Shown: piece after piece, positions 29,268-39,016 of the stretch
How positions within the stretch are numbered: position 1 is the stretch's first letter
Layout of the letters: each line of letters starts with the position of its first letter
Source: Hydrurus foetidus
Taxonomy: Eukaryota
Direction: 5' to 3'
Assembly (NCBI GenBank): GCA_900617105.1
Contig: UYFQ01000004.1
Span: 186,001 to 250,000, forward strand
Length of the DNA: 64,000 nt
Position numbers and translations under genes: made by a program
The notes under the pieces: model-generated
Told to the model about the DNA's origin: nothing
The model's input: the letters and a program-made list of their open reading frames with translations, nothing else
Databases searched by the model: none

Positions 29268-30116
29268 ATGCGTGCTTTTCTGTGGATGACCGGTGCCCTG
29301 GTCTCGTTTTGCCTGATGGCCATTGGTGGGCGCGAGCTGGCCGGTGGCATCAACACCTTCCAGATTTTGCTGTCGCGCAGCGTGATCGGGTTGCTGGTGG
29401 TCTGCGCCATCATCTGGCGCACGGGCAAGCCCGAACTGTTTCGCACCCAGCGCCTGAAGCTGCAGGTGGGGCGCAACCTGTTCCACTTTGTCGGCCAGTA
29501 CGGCTGGTTTCTGGGCATTGGCCTGTTGCCGCTGGCGCAGGTGTTTGCGCTCGAATTCACCACGCCGCTGTGGACACTGCTGATCGCCGCGCTGTTCCTC
29601 AAGGAAAAGCTGACCGCCCGCAAAGCGGTGGCGATTGCGCTGGGCTCCATCGGCGTGGTACTGATCCTGAACCCCGGCGGCGACATCGTGAACCCGGCGG
29701 CGCTGTATGTGCTGGGCGCCGCGGTCTGCTACGCACTGTCCTATGTCGCGACCAAGGCGCTGTCCACCACCGAAGCCCCGCTCACCATCCTGTTCTACAT
29801 GTGCCTGGTGCAGTTGCCGCTGGGCCTGCTGCTGAGCGTCAGCCATTTTGTGGCGCCCACGCCGCTGCAGTGGGTGTGGCTGACGCTGATTGGCCTGAGT
29901 GCACTCAGCGCCCATTTCTGCCTGACCCACGCCATGAAGACCGCCGAGGTGAGTGTGGTGGTGACGCTCGACTTTTTACGGCTACCGCTGATTGGCGTAG
30001 TCGGCATGGCGCTGTATGGCGAGGGCTTCAAGCCCATGCTGCTGGTGGGCGCCGCGCTGATGCTGGTGGGCAACCTCGTCAACGTCTATAAGCCGCTCGG
30101 CAAGGCGGCGGGTTAG
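29268..30116 (+). CDS. EamA/DMT family transporter
   Basis: 282 aa, about 10 TM segments, LEFTTPLW..LIAALFLKEKL, LDFLRLP...LYGE. Confidence 0.92.
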   Translation: MRAFLWMTGALVSFCLMAIGGRELAGGINTFQILLSRSVIGLLVVCAIIWRTGKPELFRTQRLKLQVGRNLFHFVGQYGWFLGIGLLPLAQVFALEFTTPLWTLLIAALFLKEKLTARKAVAIALGSIGVVLILNPGGDIVNPAALYVLGAAVCYALSYVATKALSTTEAPLTILFYMCLVQLPLGLLLSVSHFVAPTPLQWVWLTLIGLSALSAHFCLTHAMKTAEVSVVVTLDFLRLPLIGVVGMALYGEGFKPMLLVGAALMLVGNLVNVYKPLGKAAG

Positions 30117-30274
30117 CTCGCGCGGGTGCGCTGGCGTTGTTTTTCAATCTACCTGGTGGGGGACCGGTTTGCGGCGGAAGCTGGCGTTCGGCATGAGCGT
30201 TCAGGCTGAACGGAGCTTAGCTAGCCGGCGACTTTTTCGTTTCTAATACACATGTAAATCTATCGATACATCAC

Positions 30275-31093
30275 ATGTCAATTGTCGCGGCCTTTCTTGT
30301 GTTCGGTTTTCTCTTAGTGCTAACCGGTCTCATGGTTGGCTTAAGTGTCGCAATGCCTTGGCTGATTCTTTCTGGGGTAATCGCAGCAGGGGTTTGGTGC
30401 GGGCGCACGCTCGGCACTCGATACAACAAGAAGGCTTTATCAACGATTATTCCAACTCTGTTTATCGCAGTGCCGATGCTGTGGGGGGGCGCCAGCTACA
30501 AGGAGTTTGAGTCTCTATGCAAGTCCGCGCCACCCGCAGAACCAAGTCTGAAATCGCCACGCCCACAATCCGGATTCTTGCTCGACGACGTGGGTCTGCA
30601 CGCATTCCATTCCGGCAAATTCATCAGAACGCCGGAACGTCTTCTTGAACAAAAGCAGATTGTTTATTACGACAGAATGTTTTCTACAGCCGAAAGCAAC
30701 TTCCAACCCAAGGCCTATCGAGACTCGAGGGTCAGCAACAGCAATATTGCCGAGCCTGCCAGTGAGTTCGCCTTCAAAGTCTCAGCAATTGAACGGATAA
30801 GTAGTCGCTGGCAAGGGCCGATCTATCAGCTCGCCTACAGCGTTGAGTCAGTTCGGGGCGGATCTGCACTGGCAAAAAGATCCGAGTACGTCTTTGGTGG
30901 TGGCATTGTGGGACTCTATTTGCACGCATTGCTTGGAGAGCGTGGCGATCGTTCGGACCGCGATTTCAGTCATCTCAGCTGCGGCTACGCATCATCTGCT
31001 CCGGCCGCATGGCGACCATGGTTCACGACAAATCCAAATTCCAAGAACTATTTCAAGGCTGACATTGAGCTCCTGAACTCAATTGTCTACTGA
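30275..31093 (+). CDS. Hypothetical membrane-anchored protein, lower GC
   Basis: 272-aa ORF with 2-3 N-terminal hydrophobic segments; no family recognised. Confidence 0.65.
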   Translation: MSIVAAFLVFGFLLVLTGLMVGLSVAMPWLILSGVIAAGVWCGRTLGTRYNKKALSTIIPTLFIAVPMLWGGASYKEFESLCKSAPPAEPSLKSPRPQSGFLLDDVGLHAFHSGKFIRTPERLLEQKQIVYYDRMFSTAESNFQPKAYRDSRVSNSNIAEPASEFAFKVSAIERISSRWQGPIYQLAYSVESVRGGSALAKRSEYVFGGGIVGLYLHALLGERGDRSDRDFSHLSCGYASSAPAAWRPWFTTNPNSKNYFKADIELLNSIVY

Positions 31094-31462
31094 GGGATTG
31101 CCAGCAAACACCTAACTCAGGCGCTAAGGTGCCATTTGGTTGAATGCTTCGGGGAGGTTGCAATGTCAGCTTCCAGCACATGGCGGCTGCTCACTCGGCG
31201 AATAACTTGCCGCGAAGCTGACCCCTGAACTAAGACGTCAATGTCGGCTTTGGCGCAGGCAAAGCAAAAATCTCTAGGACCGCAGTCAGTCTGACACGGT
31301 CGTTCCCCCGAGCGGCATCAACCGCCCGATCTACGTTAGCGACGCGCAATTTAGCCCTAATGGGCAACCATAACCATGCCAACGGGCCAGCCACTTCCCA
31401 GCACCTCCACATAGGAATAGACTGGTTCGGTCGCGTCACGCAGCTTTGCGGGCGCCTACGCC

Positions 31463-32212
31463 ATGAACATCAACGACTTTGTCAAAGCCCATTCAGCCAC
31501 CCAGTACCTGGGGGCTAGCGCCAGCACGCAGGCCACGGGTGGCTTGAGTTTGGTAGCGCAGGCGGGGCTAAAAAAGGCGGACCAACGCATTCAGGCGCAG
31601 GTGGACAAGACCACCGCGCAACTCTCCACGTTTGGCAAACTGCAGTCCGCCGTGTCAGGCACGCAGATAGCCGCGCGTGGCTTGGGTATTTTGGGCAGTA
31701 CCAGCACGGCGGCGACGCAGAAGTCTGCAGCCAGTGATTTCACCAGCGCTTTCAACGCGGCTCTGGCCAGCGCCAAGACAAGCGCCGCGCAGCCCGGCGA
31801 TACCACAGCTGCGCAGAGTGCCAGCCGCACCGGTAACAACCTGCTGCGTGCGTTGGGCACAGAACCGGCCACGGTGGATGCTCTCAAGAAGGTGGGGTTC
31901 AGCCTGTCCGCCAGCGGTAGTCTGGTGCTGGACAGCAAGCAGCTCGATGCCGCACAAAAGGCGGACCCCGCTGGAGCGCGCGCCACCTTGAACGCGCTGG
32001 GTCAGCAGGTGTTCAAAGCGGCTTCGCAAGAGCTGGCTGGCAGCGGCAATGTGGGCTTGTCGTTGTCCACGCTGAACCAGCGCTCTGGCATTCTCAAAAG
32101 CCAGCAAGCCACCTTGAGCGCGCTCGGGCAGGGCGCCAACCCCGCGCAGAGCAACACGGGCTTTGGCAGCTGGACGAACTGGGGCGTGTCGGCCTACCAG
32201 CAAAGCAGCTAA
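31463..32212 (+). CDS. Hypothetical Ala/Ser-rich protein, weakly FliD (flagellar cap)-like
   Basis: QLSTFGKLQSAVS and LKKVGFSLSASGSLVLDSKQL..A...DP resemble FliD segments, but the protein is only 249 aa. Confidence 0.55.
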   Translation: MNINDFVKAHSATQYLGASASTQATGGLSLVAQAGLKKADQRIQAQVDKTTAQLSTFGKLQSAVSGTQIAARGLGILGSTSTAATQKSAASDFTSAFNAALASAKTSAAQPGDTTAAQSASRTGNNLLRALGTEPATVDALKKVGFSLSASGSLVLDSKQLDAAQKADPAGARATLNALGQQVFKAASQELAGSGNVGLSLSTLNQRSGILKSQQATLSALGQGANPAQSNTGFGSWTNWGVSAYQQSS

Positions 32213-32238
32213 GTGCGCGCCGGTTTCACGGCGTTGTC

Positions 32239-32733
32239 TCAGCCCGCCCGAATGCGCTGCACCAGCTTGGTGGTGGAGTAGCCCGCCACAAACGGCAGCG
32301 CCAGAGCCCGGCCACCCCAAGACTCCATCAGCGCGGTCTCGGGCAGCTTGGCCATGTCGTAGTCGCCGCCCTTGACCAGAATGTCGGGGCGGATCTGCGC
32401 AATGATCTCTACCGGCGTGTCTTCGCCAAACCAGGTCACCAGGCTCACCGCCTCCTGGCTGGCCATGACGATGGCGCGGTCGGCCTCGGCGTTGAGCGGA
32501 CGGTCATCGCCCTTGCCCAGGCGTTTGACGGATGCATCCGTGTTCAGCGCCACGATCAGGCTGCCGCCCAGCGCACGGGCCTGCGCCAGATACATCACGT
32601 GGCCGCGGTGCAGCACGTCAAACACGCCGTTGGTGAACACCCAGGGCCGGGGCAAATGCGCCAAAGCGGCCGCCAGGGCGTCCGATGGCACAATTTTTTG
32701 AAGAAAAGCGGGAGACTGGTCGATAGATTCCAT
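32239..32733 (-). CDS. rfaE2: D-glycero-beta-D-manno-heptose 1-phosphate adenylyltransferase (RfaE domain II)
   Basis: FTNGVFDVLHRGHV, LNTDASVKRLGKG, PDILVKGGDY, GYSTT. Confidence 0.93.
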   Translation of the reverse strand: MESIDQSPAFLQKIVPSDALAAALAHLPRPWVFTNGVFDVLHRGHVMYLAQARALGGSLIVALNTDASVKRLGKGDDRPLNAEADRAIVMASQEAVSLVTWFGEDTPVEIIAQIRPDILVKGGDYDMAKLPETALMESWGGRALALPFVAGYSTTKLVQRIRAG

Positions 32734-32815
32734 GACGAAGATGCTAGCAGCACGCCGTTGGGCCGAATCACCGGCCAGACCCAGCGTGTGCGCACTGCAT
32801 AATTCGGCGACTTCT

Positions 32816-34045
32816 ATGCACCTAGTTCCCATCAACGTTGAGTCCATCCGCATCGGCCAGCCGCTGCCGTTCCCCTTGATGGACAGGAACGGCGTTTTGC
32901 TGGCCCAAAAGTCCTTTGTGGTTACCACGCGCAAGGATCTGGACGAAATCTCCCAGCGCGGCGGTGGCCTGTACATCGATGTGACCGACTCCGAAGCCCA
33001 CCACCGTGCCTATGTAGAGCGCCTGCACGGCCTGGTGCGCGACGAGAAGACGCTGGGGCAGATTGCCGGAACTCAAATCACCAGTGACTCCACGGCCGCC
33101 GAACGCGCTGCTGCGGACGACCGTATGGACTGGCTGGACCTGCAAGAGGTGGCCAACTCGCTGCTGCGCGAAACCCAGCCCGCGATGTTCCGCGAGCGCA
33201 TGGCGCGCCTGCTACGCCAGCTACAGCGCAATATGCAGCGCAACGCCGACGGCACCCTGTTTGCACTGATTTACCTCTCGGCCACGGACACCCGCATGTA
33301 CAGCGCCACCCACGCCATGCTGGTAAGCGTGATGTGTCACCTGGCGGCCAAGGAAGTGTTGAACTGGCCCGAGGCTGACCAGATTTTGGTGGCCCAGGCC
33401 GCGCTGACCATGAACATTGGCATGACGGACCTGCAAGACCGGCTGGCGATTCAGCTGGAAGCACCGTCCCCTGCGCAGCGCGCAACGATTGACACGCACG
33501 CCGAGCGCTCGGCCCAGATGCTGCAGGCCATGGGCGTGGGCGACCACGACTGGCTGGGCACCGTGCGCGACCACCACCGCCATACGCCTGGCCGCCTGGC
33601 CGACCGCACTAGGCCCCAGCGCATGGCCCGGCTGATCCAGCGCGCCGACATGTTTGCCGCCCGCTTGGCGCCGCGCGCCGCGCGGGCGCCGCTGGCACCT
33701 GCCGCGGCCATGCAGGCCTGCTATTTTGATGAAGTGAAGGCGATTGACGAGGCCGGTGCGGCCCTGATCAAGGCGGTGGGCATTTACCAGCCCGGCTCGT
33801 ACGTGCGGCTAGCGACAAATGAGATTGCCGTGGTGATCAAACGCGGTGCCAACACCACCACACCGCGCGTGGCCGTGCTGGTGAACCGCAGCGGCATCCC
33901 CACGGTGGAGCCCACCATCCGCGATTCCAGCCTGAAGGAATACCGCATTGTGGCCAGCGTGGCACACCGCGATGTGAAGGTACAGATCAACCTGGAGCGG
34001 CTGCTGCCGCTCACCGCGGTTCCGACTTCAGACCGACCGTGGTGA
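32816..34045 (+). CDS. HD-GYP-like signalling protein, degenerate motifs
   Basis: YSATHA, AALTMNIGM (in place of HDIG), HAERS, DHH, ADMF.A, VGIYQPGSYVRL. Confidence 0.75.
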   Translation: MHLVPINVESIRIGQPLPFPLMDRNGVLLAQKSFVVTTRKDLDEISQRGGGLYIDVTDSEAHHRAYVERLHGLVRDEKTLGQIAGTQITSDSTAAERAAADDRMDWLDLQEVANSLLRETQPAMFRERMARLLRQLQRNMQRNADGTLFALIYLSATDTRMYSATHAMLVSVMCHLAAKEVLNWPEADQILVAQAALTMNIGMTDLQDRLAIQLEAPSPAQRATIDTHAERSAQMLQAMGVGDHDWLGTVRDHHRHTPGRLADRTRPQRMARLIQRADMFAARLAPRAARAPLAPAAAMQACYFDEVKAIDEAGAALIKAVGIYQPGSYVRLATNEIAVVIKRGANTTTPRVAVLVNRSGIPTVEPTIRDSSLKEYRIVASVAHRDVKVQINLERLLPLTAVPTSDRPW

Positions 34046-34897
34046 GGCCACGGCCTCCATGGAGGCGCCCAGCTCGCGGGCCAGCTCTTTGCGGTACTTG
34101 TTGAGCTCTTGCACGGTGGTGAAGCTGCGCTCCATGAGCAGGCTCAGGTTGTGCAGAATGCGCTCGACCACCTTGGTTTCCCACACGGCGTCAAAGTTGA
34201 TCTGCTTGTCCAGCCAGTGCTCCAGCCACTCGGGGTTGGGCAGGCGGCTCTGGATGGTGTCGAGCGGAAACAGCGCCTTGTTCACATGCAGGTTAGTGGG
34301 GTGCAAAGCCTGGGCCGTGCGGCGGGCCGAGGCCATCAGCACGCCCACTTTGGCAAAGGCGCTCTTGGCCTCCACACCAAACTTGCTGATCGCGCGTTTC
34401 ATGTAGCGCAGGTAGGCGCCGCCATGGCGGGCTTCGTCCTGGCTGAGCTTGGTGTAAATCGCCTTGATGACTGGTTCGGTGTGCCATTCGCTGGCGCGGC
34501 GGTACCAGTGGTTCAGGCGAATCTCGCCGCAGAAGTGCAGCATCAGCGTTTCCAGCACGGGCGCGGGGTCGAACTCAAAGCGCACAGCGTGCAGTTCTTC
34601 TTCGGTCGGCGCCATGTCGGGGCGGAAGCGGCGCAGGTATTCCATCAACACCAATGAGTGCTTCTGCTCCTCGAAGAACCAGATCGACATGAAGGCGGAA
34701 AAATCGCTGTCGCCACGGTTGTCCCGCAAAAACATCTCGGTGGCGGGCAAGGCGGCCCATTCGGTGATGGCATTCATTTTGATGGTGGCGGCCTGCTCGT
34801 CCGAGAGCTGGCTGGCGTCAAACGAGGCCCATGGAATGTCCTTGTCCATGTCCCAACGGACCGATTCCAGCTGTTTGAAGAGTTCAGGGTAGAGCAT
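34028..34897 (-). CDS. Ferritin-like diiron protein (acyl-ACP desaturase-like)
   Basis: ITEWAALP, FFEEQKH and QDEARH (two ExxH motifs). Confidence 0.8.
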   Translation of the reverse strand: MLYPELFKQLESVRWDMDKDIPWASFDASQLSDEQAATIKMNAITEWAALPATEMFLRDNRGDSDFSAFMSIWFFEEQKHSLVLMEYLRRFRPDMAPTEEELHAVRFEFDPAPVLETLMLHFCGEIRLNHWYRRASEWHTEPVIKAIYTKLSQDEARHGGAYLRYMKRAISKFGVEAKSAFAKVGVLMASARRTAQALHPTNLHVNKALFPLDTIQSRLPNPEWLEHWLDKQINFDAVWETKVVERILHNLSLLMERSFTTVQELNKYRKELARELGASMEAVASPRSV

Positions 34898-35055
34898 GGC
34901 AACCTTTCAATGCGTCTGAATTTTAGTCGGCTCGTATGTCAGCAACTTGACACAGCTATGGCTATTTGGTGACAAACCAAGGTATGAGACCCAATTGTGA
35001 CCCATCGATACAATAAATTACCACATGGTCACATAAATACTTTATAGTTCAATCC

Positions 35056-36342
35056 ATGAAAATCGCCATCGTTGGTTCCGGCATCTCCGGCCTCGCCGTC
35101 GCCCACACGCTGCGCGGCCAGGCGGACCTCACGCTGTTCGAAGCCGGCAACTACTTTGGCGGCCACACGCACACGGTGGACGTGACCTTACCCGGTTCAC
35201 AAGGCCCGGTCACCCACGGCGTAGACACCGGCTTTCTGGTGTTCAACGAGCGCACCTACCCCAACCTCATCGCCTTGCTGGCCGAACTGGGTGTGGACAC
35301 CGCCAAGTCCGACATGTCGTTCTCCGTACAGGTACCGGGCGCCAAGGCCGGTGGTCCGCTGGAATGGAGCGGCTCCACACTCGGCACCGTGTTTGCCCAG
35401 CGCAGCAACCTGCTGAACCCCCGCTTTCTGCGCATGTTGCGCGATGTACTGCGCTTCAACCGTCTGGCAACGCACATTGCAGAGCGCAATGCCGAGGCCG
35501 AGCTGCAACAACCCCTGAGCGCGTTTCTGGCGCAACACCAGTTATCGGCCGAGTTCCGCGACTGGTATTTCCTGCCCATGCTGGGCTGCATCTGGAGCTG
35601 CCCGACGGACCAGATGCTGCAGTTCCCCGTGGCCACGATGATTCGCTTTTGCCACAACCACGGCCTGATTCAGGTCAGCAACCGCCCGCAGTGGTGGACG
35701 GTCATCGGCGGCGCCAAACACTATGTGGAAAAGATCGTGGCCCAGGTGGCCGACAAGCGCCTGAACACGCCGGTGCAGCTGGTGGAACGCACGGCCGACG
35801 GCGTGCGGATCACCAGCCACGGCCAGACCGAACGCTTTGACAAGGTGGTGCTGGCCAGCCACTCCGACCAGTCGCTGGCACTGCTGGCAGATGCCACCGC
35901 GCAGGAGCGCGCCACGCTGGGCGCCATCCGCTACCAGGCCAACCGTGCCGTGCTGCACACCGACACCACGGTGTTGCCTCGCACACGCCGCGCGTGGGCC
36001 GCCTGGAACTACGAGCGCAGCGCCGACGGTGCGAAGGACTCCGCACGCGTCTGCCTGCACTACCTGCTCAACATGTTGCAGCCGCTGCCGTTTGCGCAAA
36101 GCGTGGTGGTGTCGCTGAACCCGGTGCGCGAAATCGCGCCCGAATATGTGCATGGCAGCTTTGACTACGCCCATCCGGTGTTTGACCTGGCTGCCATCCG
36201 CGCGCAAGGCGAGGTGGGTGCACTACAGGGCCACCAGCACACCTACTTTTGCGGCGCCTGGACCGGCTATGGCTTCCACGAAGACGGCTTGAAGTCTGGC
36301 CTCAACGTGGCCAAGCGCCTGCAGGCCGTGCTGGCCACTTGA
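35056..36342 (+). CDS. FAD-dependent oxidoreductase (amine-oxidase fold) of a fatty-acid modification cluster
   Basis: IAIVGSGISG, GGHTHT, VDTGFLVFN..TYPN, GYGFHEDG. Confidence 0.9.
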   Translation: MKIAIVGSGISGLAVAHTLRGQADLTLFEAGNYFGGHTHTVDVTLPGSQGPVTHGVDTGFLVFNERTYPNLIALLAELGVDTAKSDMSFSVQVPGAKAGGPLEWSGSTLGTVFAQRSNLLNPRFLRMLRDVLRFNRLATHIAERNAEAELQQPLSAFLAQHQLSAEFRDWYFLPMLGCIWSCPTDQMLQFPVATMIRFCHNHGLIQVSNRPQWWTVIGGAKHYVEKIVAQVADKRLNTPVQLVERTADGVRITSHGQTERFDKVVLASHSDQSLALLADATAQERATLGAIRYQANRAVLHTDTTVLPRTRRAWAAWNYERSADGAKDSARVCLHYLLNMLQPLPFAQSVVVSLNPVREIAPEYVHGSFDYAHPVFDLAAIRAQGEVGALQGHQHTYFCGAWTGYGFHEDGLKSGLNVAKRLQAVLAT

Positions 36343-36351
36343 AGCAACGCC

Positions 36352-37143
36352 ATGACACCCCACGTGCCCACGCCCGACAAGCCCCACGCAGCCCTGCTGG
36401 GCTTTGGGCAGGTGCGCCACACGCGGCTGCGGCCCGCGCACCATGCGTTCGCTTACGGCACCTATTTTCTCATGCTGCCGCTGCGCAGCCTGCAGGCGCA
36501 GGGCCCCGGCGCGCTGGCCCGCAACCGCTGGGCCGCATTGAGTTTTTATGACCGCGACCATGGCGATGGCCGCGGCCCCGAACAGGGCGGCGCGCTGGCT
36601 TGGCTGGACGCACTGCTGCGCGCTGAAGGCATTGACGATGCCGATGGCGAGGCCTGGCTGCACTGCTACCCGCGCGTGCTGGGCTACACCTTCAAGCCTG
36701 TCAGCTTCTGGTACTGCCACCGCAGGGACGACAGCCTGCGCGCCATTGTGGTGGAGGTGAACAACACCTTTGGCGAACGCCACTGCTACCTGCTGGACAA
36801 GCCCCGTTACGGCGCCGAGCTGCGCGCTGACAAGGTGTTCCATGTGTCGCCGTTTTGCCCGGTGGAGGGGGGTTACCGCTTCCGCTTCATGCTGACCGAC
36901 AACCTGCAGCGCACCGTGGCGCGCGTGGACTACGACGACGCCCAGGGCCCGTTGATTGAGACCAGCGTGAGCGGCACGCTGGAGCCGCTGAACGCCCAGA
37001 GCGTGCGCCGCGCGCTGTGGACCTACCCGGCCATGACGCTGGGTGTGGTGGCGCGCATCCACTGGCAGGCGCTGAAGCTGTGGCTCAAGAAAGTTCCGTT
37101 CTTCCGCAAGCCCGTGCCGCCCACGGCATTGACCACCCGTTAA
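36352..37143 (+). CDS. DUF1365 family protein
   Basis: VRHTRLRP..H.F.Y, PRVLGYTFKPVSFWYC, EVNNTFGERH, KVFHVSPF, IHWQALKLW. Confidence 0.92.
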   Translation: MTPHVPTPDKPHAALLGFGQVRHTRLRPAHHAFAYGTYFLMLPLRSLQAQGPGALARNRWAALSFYDRDHGDGRGPEQGGALAWLDALLRAEGIDDADGEAWLHCYPRVLGYTFKPVSFWYCHRRDDSLRAIVVEVNNTFGERHCYLLDKPRYGAELRADKVFHVSPFCPVEGGYRFRFMLTDNLQRTVARVDYDDAQGPLIETSVSGTLEPLNAQSVRRALWTYPAMTLGVVARIHWQALKLWLKKVPFFRKPVPPTALTTR

Positions 37144-37193
37144 CCCCACCCATTTGCCCATTTACCCATTTGCATGACTGCGTGAGAAGCCCC

Positions 37194-38429
37194 ATGAACA
37201 CCAACAGCATCACCTCCACCGCACCTTCGTTCTCGTTGCCGCGTGGCACACCGGCGGCGGCGCGCACCGTGCTCAAGCTGCTGCAACACCTGCGCCACGG
37301 CAGCCTGACGGTGCAACTTCCCGACGGCAGCATGCAGCGCTTTGGCGGCGAGGCCTTGCCGCACGCCAGCCTGCAACTGCACAACTGGAATGTCTGCAGC
37401 GCGGCTCTCAAATCGGGCGACATTGGTTTTGCGGAAAGCTTTATCGCAGGAGACTGGAGCACGCCCAACCTGACCGAGCTGCTGCGCGTGCTGGTGAGGA
37501 ATCGCGCCGAGGTAGAGGGTGTGATCTACGGCACCTGGGCCGGGCGCCTGCTGTACCGCATCAAGCACCTGCTGAACCGCAACACCAAGACCAACAGCCA
37601 AAAGAACATCCACGCCCACTACGACCTGGGCAACGCCTTCTACACGCTGTGGCTGGACGAGACCATGAACTACTCGTCTGCCATCTTCGCGGGCAACACG
37701 GCCCAACCCATGGCCGAGGCGCAAAAGGCGAAGGTGCGGCGCGCACTCTCCATGGCCGGCGTGCAGGCTGGCGACCGCGTGCTGGAGATCGGCTGCGGCT
37801 GGGGCGCGCTGGCCGAGATGGCCACCACCGAGTTCAAGGCGTCCATCACCGGTGTGACGCTGAGCACCGAGCAGCTGGCCTTTGCGCAAGATCGCATGCA
37901 GCGCTTTGGCGTGCAAGACCAAGCCGACTTGCGCCTGCAGGACTATCGCGACATTGCCGACGCGCCGTTTGACGCCATTTGCTCCATCGAGATGGTGGAA
38001 GCTGTGGGCCGCGAGTACTGGCCCACCTACTTCGCCAGCGTGGCCAATCTGCTCAAGCCCGGCGGCCGCGCGTGCGTGCAAAGCATCGTCATTGACGACA
38101 CGCTGTTTGACCGCTACATCGGTTCTACCGACTTCATCCAGCAGTACATCTTCCCCGGTGGCTGCCTGCCTTGCCCGCGCGAGTTCCGCGCACAGGCCCG
38201 CGCTGCAGGGCTGGAGGTGGTGGACGAATACGCCTTTGGCCCCGACTACGCGGAGACCCTGCGCCGCTGGCGCGACGCCTTTCTGGCCCAGCGCGAGCGG
38301 GTAATGGCTGCGGGCTTTGACCAACGCTTCATGCTCATCTGGGAGTTCTACATGGCGTATTGCGAAGCCGCTTTCGATGAAAACAACATCGACGTGGTGC
38401 AGTACACGCTGCAAAAGCGCGCCGCCTGA
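37194..38429 (+). CDS. cfa: Cyclopropane-fatty-acyl-phospholipid synthase family SAM methyltransferase
   Basis: NIHAHYDLGN, LEIGCGWG, SIEMVEAVG, YIFPGG, YCEAAF. Confidence 0.92.
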   Translation: MNTNSITSTAPSFSLPRGTPAAARTVLKLLQHLRHGSLTVQLPDGSMQRFGGEALPHASLQLHNWNVCSAALKSGDIGFAESFIAGDWSTPNLTELLRVLVRNRAEVEGVIYGTWAGRLLYRIKHLLNRNTKTNSQKNIHAHYDLGNAFYTLWLDETMNYSSAIFAGNTAQPMAEAQKAKVRRALSMAGVQAGDRVLEIGCGWGALAEMATTEFKASITGVTLSTEQLAFAQDRMQRFGVQDQADLRLQDYRDIADAPFDAICSIEMVEAVGREYWPTYFASVANLLKPGGRACVQSIVIDDTLFDRYIGSTDFIQQYIFPGGCLPCPREFRAQARAAGLEVVDEYAFGPDYAETLRRWRDAFLAQRERVMAAGFDQRFMLIWEFYMAYCEAAFDENNIDVVQYTLQKRAA

Positions 38430-38446
38430 CGCCACCAGCCCACGCC

Positions 38447-39016
38447 ATGCGCCACACCCTGCCCACCCGCCGAACCCTGCTGCGCTGGGGCGGGAGCGTG
38501 GGCGCGCTGCGCCTGGCCGGTGTGACCAATGCACAGGCCACGATGCCGCCGGAAGTGCAGGCCCAGCTGCCGCAGGCCAAGGCCGCCGGCACGACGCGCA
38601 TGCGTTTCTTCGGCCTCTCCATTTACGACGCGCAATTGTGGGTGGCACCGGGCTTTGACGCCGGCCAGTACGCCGCCCATCCCTTGGCATTGGAGCTGCG
38701 CTACCTGCGTTCGCTCAAGGGCAGTGCCATCGCCGAACGCTCGCTGCAAGAGATGCGCCGTGGTGGCCCCGTGGACGCGGCTACCGAACAGCGCTGGCTG
38801 CAGGCCATGGTGGACGCCTTTCCCGATGTGAAGGAAGGCGACCGCCTCACCGGCCTGCACACGTCGGGCGCGGGCACGCGCTTCTTCCTCAATGGCACGC
38901 TGCGCGCCACCGTGGCAGACCCGGCGTTTGGCCCGCAGTTTTTTGGCATCTGGCTGGCGCCCTGGACCAGTGAGCCACGCCTGCGCGCTGAACTGCTGGC
39001 AGGGTTGGTGCCATGA
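38447..39016 (+). CDS. Chalcone-isomerase-like exported protein
   Basis: RR signal-like N-terminus; FFGLSIYDAQLW, FPDVKEGDRL, FFGIWL..TSEP.LR. Confidence 0.82.
   Translation: MRHTLPTRRTLLRWGGSVGALRLAGVTNAQATMPPEVQAQLPQAKAAGTTRMRFFGLSIYDAQLWVAPGFDAGQYAAHPLALELRYLRSLKGSAIAERSLQEMRRGGPVDAATEQRWLQAMVDAFPDVKEGDRLTGLHTSGAGTRFFLNGTLRATVADPAFGPQFFGIWLAPWTSEPRLRAELLAGLVP

Noticed and set aside
31094..31150. ACCTAAC after the orphan ORF as a possible integron attC site
   Set aside because: No convincing matching GTTRRRY end or long imperfect palindrome, and no integrase.
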